Positions 1 through 11,900 of a stretch of 61,539 nt of DNA are shown one piece after another (positions within the stretch are counted from its first letter, which is position 1; every line of letters starts with the position of its first letter). The translations under genes were made by a program, and so were the position numbers. This DNA comes from Craspedostauros australis (Eukaryota). Where the stretch lies: positions 1 through 61,539 of the forward strand of contig JALAGF010006497.1 of NCBI GenBank assembly GCA_030167865.1. Direction: 5' to 3'. The notes beneath the pieces are model-generated. The model ran no database searches. It saw only the letters and a list, made by a program, of their open reading frames with translations, and was not told the DNA's origin.

Positions 1-777
1 AGTGTTGCCAGATTCGCCGTTGTCCCTGATTGTGGACCACAATGACAAGTACGTTGCCTTCGTCGGAAAGTGGGGCAAGTACGTTGCAGCCCCGGAGTCG
101 TAGACGCGCTTCACGGTCATGTTTTGAATCATCTGCTCGCAGAAACCATAAAGGAACTGAACATAGTCCAGGTACTCGAACCCCAATCCGCCTGGACCAT
201 ATGCATTGGTGTAGATGGAGGAGGAGCGGCCAAGTAAGTAATCCACCAGATGGTGATGGGTGGGAACGAAAGGTTGGCAACCAGGGGCAGCTTTTCGGAA
301 GAGCTGCAACACAGCAGCTCTTGCCCTGCGGATCTCATGGCTCGCATTGTGGAGAGCGAAGTCGTGGGCCGCGGAGACAGAGACCTTTGTTTGATGCACC
401 TCTGGGCACAACACCGACCAGTTCAAGACCTTGTTGGAGTCACCAATGCTGGAGGGCAGACAAACGTCCTGGCTCACGCCGAACTTGGCGGAAGAGAAAG
501 CACCGAAGTCCTCTGAATGTGGGTGGACATCGGGATTTTCCACAGCGCCCTCATCGTCGCTCGGCATGTATGCAACGTTGTTGTTGTCAGATACTCCAAC
601 ATTGGCAGTATCCAAGTTGGCATCCCATGCCTCAGGGGATCTGCCTGTGGCATGAGCGGACCCAGGCTCAGGAGCTGCNTCGTCACCATCATCCAACCCA
701 CCAGCCTCGGAAAGCATCGGGACGTCGACGACGTTGGCGGATTCTACGCCAGAAATCGCTTCTAAGAGAGAGTCCAT
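1..777 (-). CDS. 3'-truncated ORF (>=259 aa, runs off window edge); possible transposase N-terminal part
   Basis: Manual translation from ATG at 777 (context gcaaacATGg) is open to base 1: MDSLLEAISG...acidic disordered N-terminus...LVDYLLGRSS...FEYLDYVQFLYGFCEQMIQNMTVKRVYD...FPTKATYLSLWSTIRD. Absent from the ORF track because there is no stop in the window. One N base at 679. Confidence 0.6.
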   Translation of the reverse strand, partial: MDSLLEAISGVESANVVDVPMLSEAGGLDDGDXAAPEPGSAHATGRSPEAWDANLDTANVGVSDNNNVAYMPSDDEGAVENPDVHPHSEDFGAFSSAKFGVSQDVCLPSSIGDSNKVLNWSVLCPEVHQTKVSVSAAHDFALHNASHEIRRARAAVLQLFRKAAPGCQPFVPTHHHLVDYLLGRSSSIYTNAYGPGGLGFEYLDYVQFLYGFCEQMIQNMTVKRVYDSGAATYLPHFPTKATYLSLWSTIRDNGESGNT

Positions 778-1052
778 GTTTGCATGTAGGTAGATGTTGG
801 TTGACAAGGAGAAGAGCCAGCTGAAAGTCTTTGGTTGTGCAGAAGATGTGAATACAACATGCAAGCCAACACCAACAAACACACAGACGTCAACTTCGGC
901 ATCGGAAAGCCGCATGTCGACGATACTCAACAGAGCAGAAAAGCCAACGGTCGCAACACCCAAAACAAGAGGAAACCGGAGCGTGCTGGGAGAGGAAATT
1001 TGGACCGACCAGTCGTATTAGTCTAAAAAGAAAATTCGATTGGATTCTACGC

Positions 1053-1169
1053 GGGTTAAACAACACGGGTTGCGCCCTGACGCAAACTTATTTTGGGGTT
1101 GCGTCAGGACGCAAGAAAAGCCGTTTTTGCGTCCTGACGCAGGGGTTTTCTCCTTGTGGATATACGGTA
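1053..1169. mobile_element. Putative DNA-transposon end (subterminal inverted-repeat cluster)
   Basis: Three copies of a 15-16 bp quasi-palindrome in alternating orientation: ttgcgccctgacgcaa 1070-1085, ttgcgtcaggacgcaa 1099-1114, ttgcgtcctgacgca 1127-1141. Flanked by GGG-TTAA (1053-1059) and TATACGG-TA (1161-1169). Confidence 0.45.
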
Positions 1170-1828
1170 CATCACGAATGGTTTTGCTTTGTTCGTACGT
1201 ATGAAGCAAATGGCGAAGGGTTGTGGGATGATTGATAGATACTCTTCTCTACCCATTCCCTGCCCGTTGAACTCGCTGATGATCTCATGGATGGATCCCA
1301 CTTTCACAACCCCGCTTTGTCGACGAAGACTACATCCTGTCAGGAACACTAATTGATGCGCTGCTCCTCTCTTTGGTGGTTCCACCGTACGAGCATTGTT
1401 CATTGTGTTGTTGTGAATCGAGCTGTGCCTTTAACTTTATGAATATCTGTTGCTGTTGCATCCGTATTGACTAAAGCACTACTCTCCAGAGCCTATGCAC
1501 GACACTATGCACGGCACTATGGATCGGACTTGGGTTCGTCTTGACTTGACTTGCGTTGGCTTGCGCGTGTGCGGTCCACTAGCATGTTGAAAAAAGGGTG
1601 TTTAGTATGCACTCTACTTGTACCGCGCGTGGTGGCGGCGGCTACCTCTTCCACTCCTTCTGGTGACACGATAGCATCGCGCCGGAGTGCTTGCACCTGT
1701 GTGCTGTCCCTCGTCCAATTTGAAACATAGAGAGATGTTGAGAACGAGGGAGGGGGAGAGGAGCAAACCATGGAAGGGATTGTATGGAGCACCAGGGGCA
1801 GCGCTTTCCTTGAATGGAATCAGCGGAT

Positions 1829-3085
1829 TCAAAACATGCCATCGGTCATGCCTTCATCGATCTCATGGATGGGCATCTGATCGAAGACTTCGTCCGTGGC
1901 CGTGGCGTGACGCAGAGGGGAGGTCGCGAGCGCACCAACAGCGGCGTTGAAACTAGAGCGGTTGCTGCCTCTGCCGCTGCTTGCGTTGCCCGAGAGCAAC
2001 GTCCGCAGGGAGGGCGTGGACTCCATCAACAGCATCCAATTGAGGTCGAGGCTGTCAAAGATGTTGTCAGTGGTACCGATGGCAGAATCGGCAGATGATA
2101 GCGACGGTGCTGGCAGAAAGTACAGGTCCAGTGGATCGGTGATGAACTTCGAGCTGTTGGCGATCGTTGTTGGTTTCGAAACGCAGTTGGTGACATCAAA
2201 GTCGAGAATCGCACTGCCTTCACCCGACGAGGTCTCGAAAACACCGTCATGCTGCTTTTGCTTTTGCTGCAGATGCTTTCTCCCCTCGTATGGCATCGTA
2301 GACAGCATCGCATGCTTGGGCACAAAGTTGACTTGGCTACTCACGGGTTTGGCAGGCTCGCACAGTTCGGGCAAAGCGGCGGGACTGAGGGGAATTGAAT
2401 TCATCGCGCAGTTCGCCGATGACGAATTGTCGCCGTTGTTTGGCCTGTTCATCTGCCTCGTTGCGCCAGCGCGGGATTCGTCCGATGTATTGCATTCGGC
2501 GGCAGCCGAATTAGTAGAAGTAGTAGCAGCAGCGGCAGATGCAGAAGATGCTCCGGACGAGGTGATGGCGGATGACGCCACCGGGGATGGGTGTCGAATC
2601 CGCTGGGTCTGCCCGGAGTTGCTCTCATCGCGATCATTGTTCATTGTCGACAAAATATCTTGCAACTTAGAGGTCTTGGTCAGCTTGGCGATGTAATCTC
2701 GGATGGCGTGCCCAGTCTTTTCTCTGGCCTGGTTGTCACCAATGTCGTACCACCTTTCGGTCGTCTTATCCTTCTTGACGAAGAGCGCACCCGATTCCCT
2801 GATGCTGTCCACCACGGAGGCGACGACGAGGCTCTTCTGGATCTTTTTGGGGGCGTCGCTGTAGCGCTTCGTGTTGTTCTTGATGACTGTCTTGTACAGC
2901 TTGTTGCCCGAGTGGTTGCGGCTGCCCCTGCCACGACCACAGAGGATGTCTACGGCTGTTGGCTTGTAGTCCTTGGGCAAGGGTGATGGGCCAGGCTGCA
3001 CGTGGAGGCGCGGCGACGATCTGCAGTTGAGAGGCGTCACTGCCTTGCTCGTGCGTGAGCTCTTTCTGGTCGACTTGGCGATCAT
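1829..3085 (-). CDS. DUF6824-type domain protein (diatom-expanded family)
   Basis: DILCGRGRGSRNHSGN...KSLVVASVVDSIR...FVKKD...WYDIGDNQAREKTGHAIRD motif followed by a low-complexity tail; single 418 aa ORF. Confidence 0.88.
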   Translation of the reverse strand: MIAKSTRKSSRTSKAVTPLNCRSSPRLHVQPGPSPLPKDYKPTAVDILCGRGRGSRNHSGNKLYKTVIKNNTKRYSDAPKKIQKSLVVASVVDSIRESGALFVKKDKTTERWYDIGDNQAREKTGHAIRDYIAKLTKTSKLQDILSTMNNDRDESNSGQTQRIRHPSPVASSAITSSGASSASAAAATTSTNSAAAECNTSDESRAGATRQMNRPNNGDNSSSANCAMNSIPLSPAALPELCEPAKPVSSQVNFVPKHAMLSTMPYEGRKHLQQKQKQHDGVFETSSGEGSAILDFDVTNCVSKPTTIANSSKFITDPLDLYFLPAPSLSSADSAIGTTDNIFDSLDLNWMLLMESTPSLRTLLSGNASSGRGSNRSSFNAAVGALATSPLRHATATDEVFDQMPIHEIDEGMTDGMF

Positions 3086-3215
3086 GATGGTGAGAGTAGG
3101 AAGAAGGAGGTAATCGAGAACTAGGAGGTGGGAGGGTATCTCGTGCGATGTCGTCGCTGACTTGGATGACTGGCTGATTGGGTAGTTGTGCTGTCCTCTG
3201 TGCGTGTTTTGATCT

Positions 3216-3217
<2 letters not shown>

Positions 3218-3253
<36 letters not shown>
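3218..3253. repeat. (GTT)12 microsatellite
   Basis: Perfect trinucleotide run just upstream of the DUF6824 gene. Confidence 0.95.
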
Positions 3254-6200
3254 AGCGATCTCTCGTTCTGCCGTTTGAATTGCTGTGTTGAAGTTGCTGC
3301 TGGGAGTTGAGATTTGTGACCTGTGCTTGGTCTATGTTTGTGTTTGCGTTTGCGTTTGCGTTCAAGTTGTGTTCAAGTTTGTTTTATGAGTTTGTGAGGA
3401 GAGGAAAAGATCCTTCCGCTGATGGGTTGGTGGGCCCTCGGCGTTCGCTTGGAGACTCGTGCGCAGTGGAGGATCATTGCCGCAGGTGTGGTTGTGACCG
3501 TCGTCGAAGTTGCTCTGTGATTTCTTCAGCCTCTCTCTCTTTTCTCTCCGCTCCGATTACGAGTGCGTGTACTACCACGAGCAGCTCACACAAGGACAAG
3601 CAGTTCGCCTGTTGGTGTCTCTGTTTGTTGTCGTGGGCCTGGGGTGGAGGTTTTGCTCTTCTGTCCTTCCTCGCCGATGTTCGTTTTCCCTGTGTGCTGT
3701 GTAGTGTTCGTAGCTTGAAGCTTTCGTCCTTGTGCGCTCTCGGCGAAGAGGTATCTTGCCATGCATGCAAAGAAGGAGCAGTTTTTGATCCTGGACCTGC
3801 AAAGCACGTCGAGCATCCAGGTGTGCTAAAACCGCCAGATCGGTGGTCTTGGGTACTTCGCTGCGGATGTCTCGTTTTTCAGTGACAACATTGCTGAGCA
3901 GTTTTCTGTAGTACTTTCAATAACCGTGGGTACCATGCATATCGGTTTCAGTCGAGCGTCAATGCTGCAAAGAGGGCGACTTAGGGACGCAGTGGAGGTC
4001 ACGAACAAAGACAATGGGAGTTCGGTGACGTTCTGCGGAAGGGCCACCCAATTCCATGGCAATTGTGCGAAGAGTACCTCGTCCGGCCCCGAATGTCCAG
4101 TCGTTGTCGCCAACCGACCGCGTCGCAACCAACACTCGTTTTGATGGGGAATTGTTGGCCGAGAAGAATGTCGAGGTAAAAAAAACGTGTTCTCGTTCTT
4201 TTTGTCTGCGTGATGTCCCCACATACCCAGGATGCCTTGAAACCGGTTGCGTTCCTCCACGTCGGTACTTCCGAAATGATGTTCGTAACAACGCTGGGCT
4301 CATCTCACACCCTGTTCCATGGAACGGCATAGGTGTCGGTCGCTGCTCTGTCATGTTCTGTGCCATGGGATGGACAGGTTGGACAACGCAACGAGGTGCA
4401 GCAATAGAGCACTCTGCTCTCCTCTACTCCATTCTCAAGCATTGTACAGCATTGTTGCTCCAAACTTGATGAAGGAGGAGCGCATCGGCAGAGTGCTCTG
4501 CGACTACGAGATCGCAATCTACCATCGAGTACTTCTTCTCGTACTCGTATGTACCAGTACCATCGATGTACGGTACCTACACACTCGTGGTACTCTGTCT
4601 ATTCGCTGGAGATCTGGGAGCACACCAACACATGGTACCAGTGTCAAGAGTTGAGTGAACATCAAGTCGCATCCTCTCCCTGTAGCACACATACGCGTAG
4701 TCCTTGCTCGTATAGTAAGTACGAATAAGCGCACATGTCAATACTTATCTTCACACCAGCTCGATGGAGAAGCCTCCCTATGTTCAACATGGACGAGACG
4801 ACACAACATCTAACCGTGCTGATCAAACAGGTATACGCACCAGGAGGCACTTGAACTCCATAACGCGGATACACACAGCACAAAAGGGTTGCCACAAGCA
4901 TGTGGCACGACCTATTGAATCGAGCAACTCCCGCTGCTGCGAGTTACGTGGCTCGGATAGTATCTATTGTAGTTGTACGACCGACTCCTTGGAACACCAT
5001 CCATCGAGAGGCAGCGTGCGCGTCGGCAGCTCGGAGGCAATCGACCAGGACCTCTTCGTGCCACCCCCTGGCGAGATCAAGGGTACGCACCCTCATTTGC
5101 ATTGTATCGTGTCACCAGCGCAAACGCCACCATGCAAATCGGCACTGTCCATCTCCGCCGAGCGTCGCCGTGATGTTCATCACTCCGCAATGCTCGTGGC
5201 GTGTCGCCTTCGCCCAAGGAGAACAAGCTCTGCGGCACAGAGTGTAGTCTGTATAGTACCTCCACGCACGTCCAAGTGAATGCCATTGCGAAACACTCGG
5301 CGATCTTCGTACCCGGATGGAGATGTTGGAGGATGCGCCGGCGAGATTCATACACACATCACATAGGCCGTCCATTCCGGTTGCCCAGATAGGTGGTCAC
5401 CCATTCCCGTCGCCAGTGTTGTGGCGAAGCTGTTGGTGCCTCGCATGTGTGAGCAAGGATCAAGGCCGTGGTCTCAGTCATGGCCTCTCCGCTGCAAAGA
5501 GAGGCCAGTCGTGACAGAACTGGAGGCACAACAGAACAAAGATGAATGAATGAATGAATGGGTTGGTGGATGCATGGGCAGTTTGGGAGGTGCGCTTGGG
5601 GTACTCTGGCTTGCTCGGAAGTAAGTTACCACAGTCGAATGCGCTCTCGTCCTTCTCCTTCCGAGATTACATGTCTTCGCAGCCAGTCCAACGTTCGCAA
5701 GACAGCTGATGCTCTACTTTGCGACATCTGTCCCAACAGTAAAGCTCAACGCGCCCCGTCGCACCGCACTCTGCCGTTGAGTACTTGTACTTTATGAATT
5801 TACTAATTTATTTAGACACGCATACATGTTCCTTTTCTCCTCACAAGAGGACATCACGAAGAACCAATCGTCTCTAGTTCGGCTATCGCGTTCGACACCC
5901 CTTCATCACACATGCCCGTGTGTCATAATTGTTTGAGCCAGATGTGATGCTTCCATTCATTTCGTGTCAGTCGTGCCATTTCCCAGCGACAAACTCTCTT
6001 GCGGTGAATGGTGTGTTGCCCAGCGACTGGCGAGAACGAGACGGGACAAAATGGACAAATCCACATCCACAGCGACGCATGCGGTCGAATGGCTCAAAGC
6101 AGCGTTGCGAGTCTTGCCATTGTTTCGCCTGTGTGGTCGAACGAATCAAAATTGTAACATGAATGTGGTGTTTGTCTGAACGAGTCTTGGGGGGATCTTA

Positions 6201-6300
6201 TGCGCACAGGCGTCATGCAGCATTCCAGCTTTTTGAAGGCGTATCTTGCACTGCGTGCAGCACACTCTCTCTCCATGGTGGTCTCTACTCGCACGAGCAC

Positions 6301-6319
6301 AGAGAGAGAGAGAGAGAGA
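6301..6319. repeat. (AG)n microsatellite
   Basis: agagagagagagagagaga run. Confidence 0.9.
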
Positions 6320-8917
6320 TGCGCACATGATGGCTAGGCACAGCTGGGACAAGACTGAACCGAGTCTCTTGCTGCTTACAGTTACTAGCAGATGTGCACA
6401 AACACCCAAACTTCGCCGTTCATCCATCTGAAGTTCCTCTGCGAGCAACTATGAACACCTCACGTCAGAGACTACTACGAGCCAGGCCACAGACTGGTCC
6501 CGCGCTGTAGTTCCGCGCCTCTCTGAATCACCGCAATCTCTCTGGGTACGAGTATGGTGTGATGCTGTGCAGTTTGCTGATCAGGCATGGGCAAGCGTTT
6601 TCGCTCCAGCCTTTCAGCAGGAATCGCATGCTCCAACTTTTACTCTTTCGTGTGCGAGTTACTTTTCTATTCTCTCTACTCTCTCTCTCTCTATATGCAC
6701 ATGCATATATATAGAGAGAGTCAGAGGCGAGTTCCAAGCGCATCTTCGGTGTTGCGTCTGGATAAGCAAACCCCGTTGCCACAGCCAATCGTGGTGTCAG
6801 ACTGACATGCACCTCACAGACTGACAATTCACATTTGTGAATCAACCGACAAAGCCAAACATACAACAGATATCACTTACTATTCAAGGACACACTAATG
6901 ACTATACCAATATGAAAAAAGTGTTGGGATGGAATAGATGAGTCAACACGCATGGGGGACACACTGCAAGAAGCGCAGATAACCATCCATGCATCGCCGC
7001 GACGAACCCAGCCTGTTTCGGCTCTCCTTTTGCCTTTGTGTTCTGCCTCTGGGAGAGTCGTTGGCGCCGATAGAAGTTGCGGCAAGGAACGACGGCAAGT
7101 TGTACTTGCATGTTGTTCCAATACGTACGACCTATTATGCATCTCATGTCCTTCCCAGGCAAGTCCGCGGCATCCCAGCGTATTGATGTGGATCATTCTC
7201 CAAGACACCTGCGAGAGTATGTGGCCATGTGGAGGCGGCGCGGAGCTATCGAAAGGGCGGCTCACATACCTGATCCAGCTCAGTTCGTTGCAATGGGTCA
7301 GAATAAGTTTGGAGGCGCCACCGTGGTCCAGAAACTCCAGGACATGACGTCGCTGTTGTCCAACCATCCCAGTTGTCAATCTCACAGGTACGATGTCTGG
7401 TGGTAGCGGCACAGTGCACGCACGATGGATGCTACATAGAATACCATGCAAGACAACACGATGGCCAAAGTCCCGGCTGTGTTTGGAGTTTCTTGTCAGC
7501 GCTACCAGAGTACGCTTCAGCGCTTTTTGTACTTGTTCGTTGTGACTCTACAATTTTTTTCTTTCGTTCTCTCTTTCCAGAAACATCACCGCTGAAAATG
7601 CTATCTTGGGGACGGTGCCGAAAAGTTCCGCGCCACGATGGGACTCCTCGAAGGATGACCACGACAAACGGCAAACGGATGCTGCATACCTTGGGAGCAA
7701 GTTCGACGTTTCGATGTTCCCCAACGCAAATGTCGTGATAGGTGAAAAGGGATTTCGCTTCGCCGTCTCCTTAACGAACCAGAACACATCGTGACTGAAG
7801 TATCTCATCTTTCATGTTCTCCCCTTTTCACGGATTCTGAAGAGATGCGGTTGTGTTGACATTTCTGCACACATTTTTCTTTCCCATCTCGTGTTTTTGA
7901 TACCGTGACACGAACACGCCCTTTGATTCACTTTGTGTCTTGCTGGACACCAGAAATGTCAATGATCGTCGTCGTTCCGTCCACGCTACGTGCATGTTCG
8001 CAGACGCGCGCGCTGTCGGAATGGAATGTAAAAAGGGAGAGACCAGCGTTGTCGTGCACCACATGATGGACGAAGAAAGCTGCCCTGGAAGAATTGGTTG
8101 GTGAGAGAGGAGAAGCGGGCACACTTGGCTCAATCATGTGGGTGGGCAGAATGATGTCTTGCCCAGGCAAGCGCAAGAAGCGAAGTTGGGGCACACAGAA
8201 TTGTGTGTGGTACCGTGGCTCGGGACGACGCTTGTGTACCATAGTCGTACATGCGACCTCCCCATACCCACAAGGTCACACTCCTCCACAGTTTCACCTT
8301 CGCGCCATTCTTCGAACCCATCCTCATTTGCATCCCAACCAGCTCCATCGCTCTGACCGCAATCGTTGCCCAACATCACAGACAGAGTATATCAGAGCGC
8401 ACCACAGCGGTTGTTCTTGTGCTCGCAACCGACTTGGACTCTTTCATTTGGCATCTTCCTCACGACAAGCAGCGCGACAAGAGCGGCATCGAAACAGTCC
8501 AAAGACAGTCTCTGCCAAATAGAGCTAACGAGGATCGAAGGGAAAGGGAAAAGGCAAAGCAATCCATTTCCACCCTCGTTTCCTGCTGCGCCATCTTGGT
8601 ACTCATAGGTCGGACTCGTGCGACGGCTGAACTGGTACTGACACCAGAAGCAGCAACAATAATCCAACCTTTCGTCTGTACCATACTATCACGACCTATA
8701 CCTACCTACGAGTAAGAACAAGACCACGATCACCGGCAGAGCAAGCACAATCGACGCCCATCTCGTGAGCAACGCGAGGGCAAGACCGCACGACACAGAC
8801 CGCAGCAGCATACCAGTCCCGGCAGACGAGAGTCAGCTGCCAGCAAACCAGCAAGCAACTCAACAAGCTATCCCTCTCGTCCCATAGTCTCAACTGCAGG
8901 CGCAAATAGTCTCAAAC

Positions 8918-11900
8918 ATGAATCAGGCACGGCACCTTGCGATTCTTGGGGTTCGGGCCATCGTTGTGCAACTTCTTCTCGCAGCAACGTTGGTCCCACC
9001 ACCTCCAACATCAGCAGCAGCAGCAGCAGCAGCAGCAACGCCTTCTTTCAATGGATTCCCAACCCAAGATGTACGGTTTGTGATAGAATCATTTGATAAG
9101 GGCGAGGGCGATGCGCGCTGGACAGCAACGCTGCACAACAACAGGGGCAAGGTGGACTCCAGCGAAGTCGCTGTGCCACCACTCATCCTCAAGGGCGGCA
9201 GGGATGATATCAACATGGCCGACAATGCGATCTTCGTTGAGTACCGTTCCGTCATGACAGAGACCTGGGGTGGGTTCGTCAGCATGGAGCGGTTCTTCCA
9301 GGACAGCCCCGTCTCTTGCGTGGGCGCCGACCATGTGGAGCTGGAGTATAAGATCATCCAACCCCAGAGCGCTGCCGGTCGGGCGCATCTTCGCATCATC
9401 CTGGTGGAAGACTCGGACACCAGCGACGAGCTCAAGTTGGAGAGATACTACTCCTTCCAGCCCATATTAGACGACTCGCCATCGGCCGACTGGATGGTCA
9501 TCAAGGTCCCCTTGGTGGGAGACGATGACCCAACGTCCCCCTTCCACATCCCGGGATGGAGCGGTGGCATTGGGAACCAAGTGCTAGATCTGGAGCACAT
9601 TCGGGGATGGTCTCTGGAGTGGAACATCGACAACGTCGGCGACGTAGGAAGCTTCAGCGAGGGCAGCATGCTGATCCGTGGCTTATCTTGCGTCCAACAG
9701 CTGGAGGTGGCCGCTTTCCACGAACCCAACATGACCTCCTTGGATGGCGGTGACTTGGATGCGGACGCCGTTGCTGATGCCGATGCGAATGCGTCGGTTC
9801 CAGTGTCGTTGCTTGCGGCCGACATTGGAGCATACCCAGCAACAACCGATGATGATAATCGAACGAGGCTCGTTTATCATGGATCACTCCTCGATTCCCC
9901 CCTTCACGTGGATCGGCAGAACGCGATGTCGGACGATGAGGTCTACGACGAATCGAGATTTCTGGAAGGGGCATGGCACCAGACGCTGGAGGTGTTGTCG
10001 CAGGCACCATCAACGAATCCAGGCACCGACCAGATCTTCGTCACGACATCCTTTGAGGATGGTGTTGCCACGACATGCTACTCAACCACCGAAAAGCCGA
10101 ACGGAACTGCACCCTCCACCATGACTTCAGCAGCACCGTATAATTCCACCTCCACCACAACACAAACCACCTTCCAAGTATCATTAGAGTACAAGGCGCC
10201 TCGAGAGCTATACTTCAATCTAACATCAGATGTCAGCAGCCTACTTCTGGACGTGGAGTGGCACCCAGACGGAACGAATGCCACCGTGCAACAGCAAGTG
10301 GCCACCGTACAGCTCACTGTCATCGGAGACACTGATTATTGCGATGGGAACACCACTCAGCGCCTGGATTCATGCGGCGAGGACCCTTCAAGACATCTCT
10401 CAACAGAAAGCTCCCTGTCTCCGTCATCGCAGTCGTCGTCAGAACAACCTGCACCTATCAGGTTCCGCGACTTCACACCGCCCACACCGGAATGGAGGCG
10501 CATCAAGGGGTACCGAATCACGTTCGCATTGTCGGTGCCAGCCGATCAAATGGCCGACACCTCGACGCAAGCTGAAGCTGAGGATCTGTCTGGGCGATTC
10601 GTCATTTCGAATCTTCTCACTGAATTGACTACGTTCCATTCAGGCAACTTCTCAGACTTTGACCCAAATGGGGGCGACGGGGAACTCCCCACGTGCAATA
10701 TCATCGAAGAGATCAACGCCGACATCAGTGGGCCACAGTGGCGGGTCTTTCAGTTCTCGGCCGGCCAATGTTGCGACATCTGCATCCAGGCGGGGGAAGA
10801 TTGCAGGTACTACACAATTGGCACCTTCCGATGCGCCTTTGCACCGTACCTCGATGTTTTTATTGATGCAGACACAGACGCGTCTATCGCTACAGGCGGA
10901 AACGGGAACACAGGAGCCATTGGCAGCTCGAATGCCACAGAATCACCTCCGCCATTGAATAGTGTCCGCCCTCCCGTGGCGATCGCAACAAACCAAGAAG
11001 ACATCCTAAATGCGAAGGTGTACTGGAAGGATGATACGCAGCTACGCGGCGACTTCTGCAGACTCTGCATCTGCGACGAAGTGGCACGTCACATTGACTG
11101 CAGACACAAGGAATTGCGCCAGATCCCAAAGACGTTCACGCCCCAAGGGCAGACCAGCTCATCCGCCTCGTGGAAGCCGCTGATGCTCGACCTCCGCCAA
11201 AACCCAGGTCTCTTCGTGCTGGGAGCGGGCATGCTCGATGCGGAGATCTTCTCACAGCTGCGCGAAATCAGGTTGCCCAGCACGATCATATACACATCCT
11301 CCCGAGCATTTATTGGATTGTCCAACCTCGGGATGGTTGATATCGCTGAAAACGAGATCAATGACGATGGTACGGCCATCCCCTCCTTCGACAGAAACAC
11401 CATCACCGACGACGATGGCATCTTCACCAACATCTGTTGCAGTCGCCGTGAGTCCAGCATTTCTTCACTTGCACCAACGAACAAGCTCTCATTCTGCGAC
11501 ATTCAACACTTCAAGCCTGGCATCGATGCCGAGTACGAGCCTTTCGTCGAATACGTTGATGCCTCGTGGATCACAACCTTGCAGCAGTCGTCCTCCTTCA
11601 TGGCGGAGGCAGCCGAATCGGCAGAGAAATGCGCAGAGTACTGCTCGATTGCTGCCCGATGTGAATTCTTCACGTACGATGCGCGGTTGGGGAGGGCGGA
11701 GCATGTCTGCCACCTGTTGGAAAACCGTGGCGAGCGACAATCCGAAGTTTGTTGCAACGCCGCCGATTACGCGGATGAGATTAAACTCTCACCTGGCTTC
11801 ACCTCTGGGTACCCGCCCCGCACACGGCACGTACTGGATGACGCAAGAGTCATCATCCTTCAGACTGACCTCACGCTGAACGAGGGCAATGGGTACGCGG

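Noticed and set aside
30..824. 264 aa plus-strand ORF
   Set aside because: Arg-rich, non-protein-like shadow of the minus-strand ORF at 1-777.
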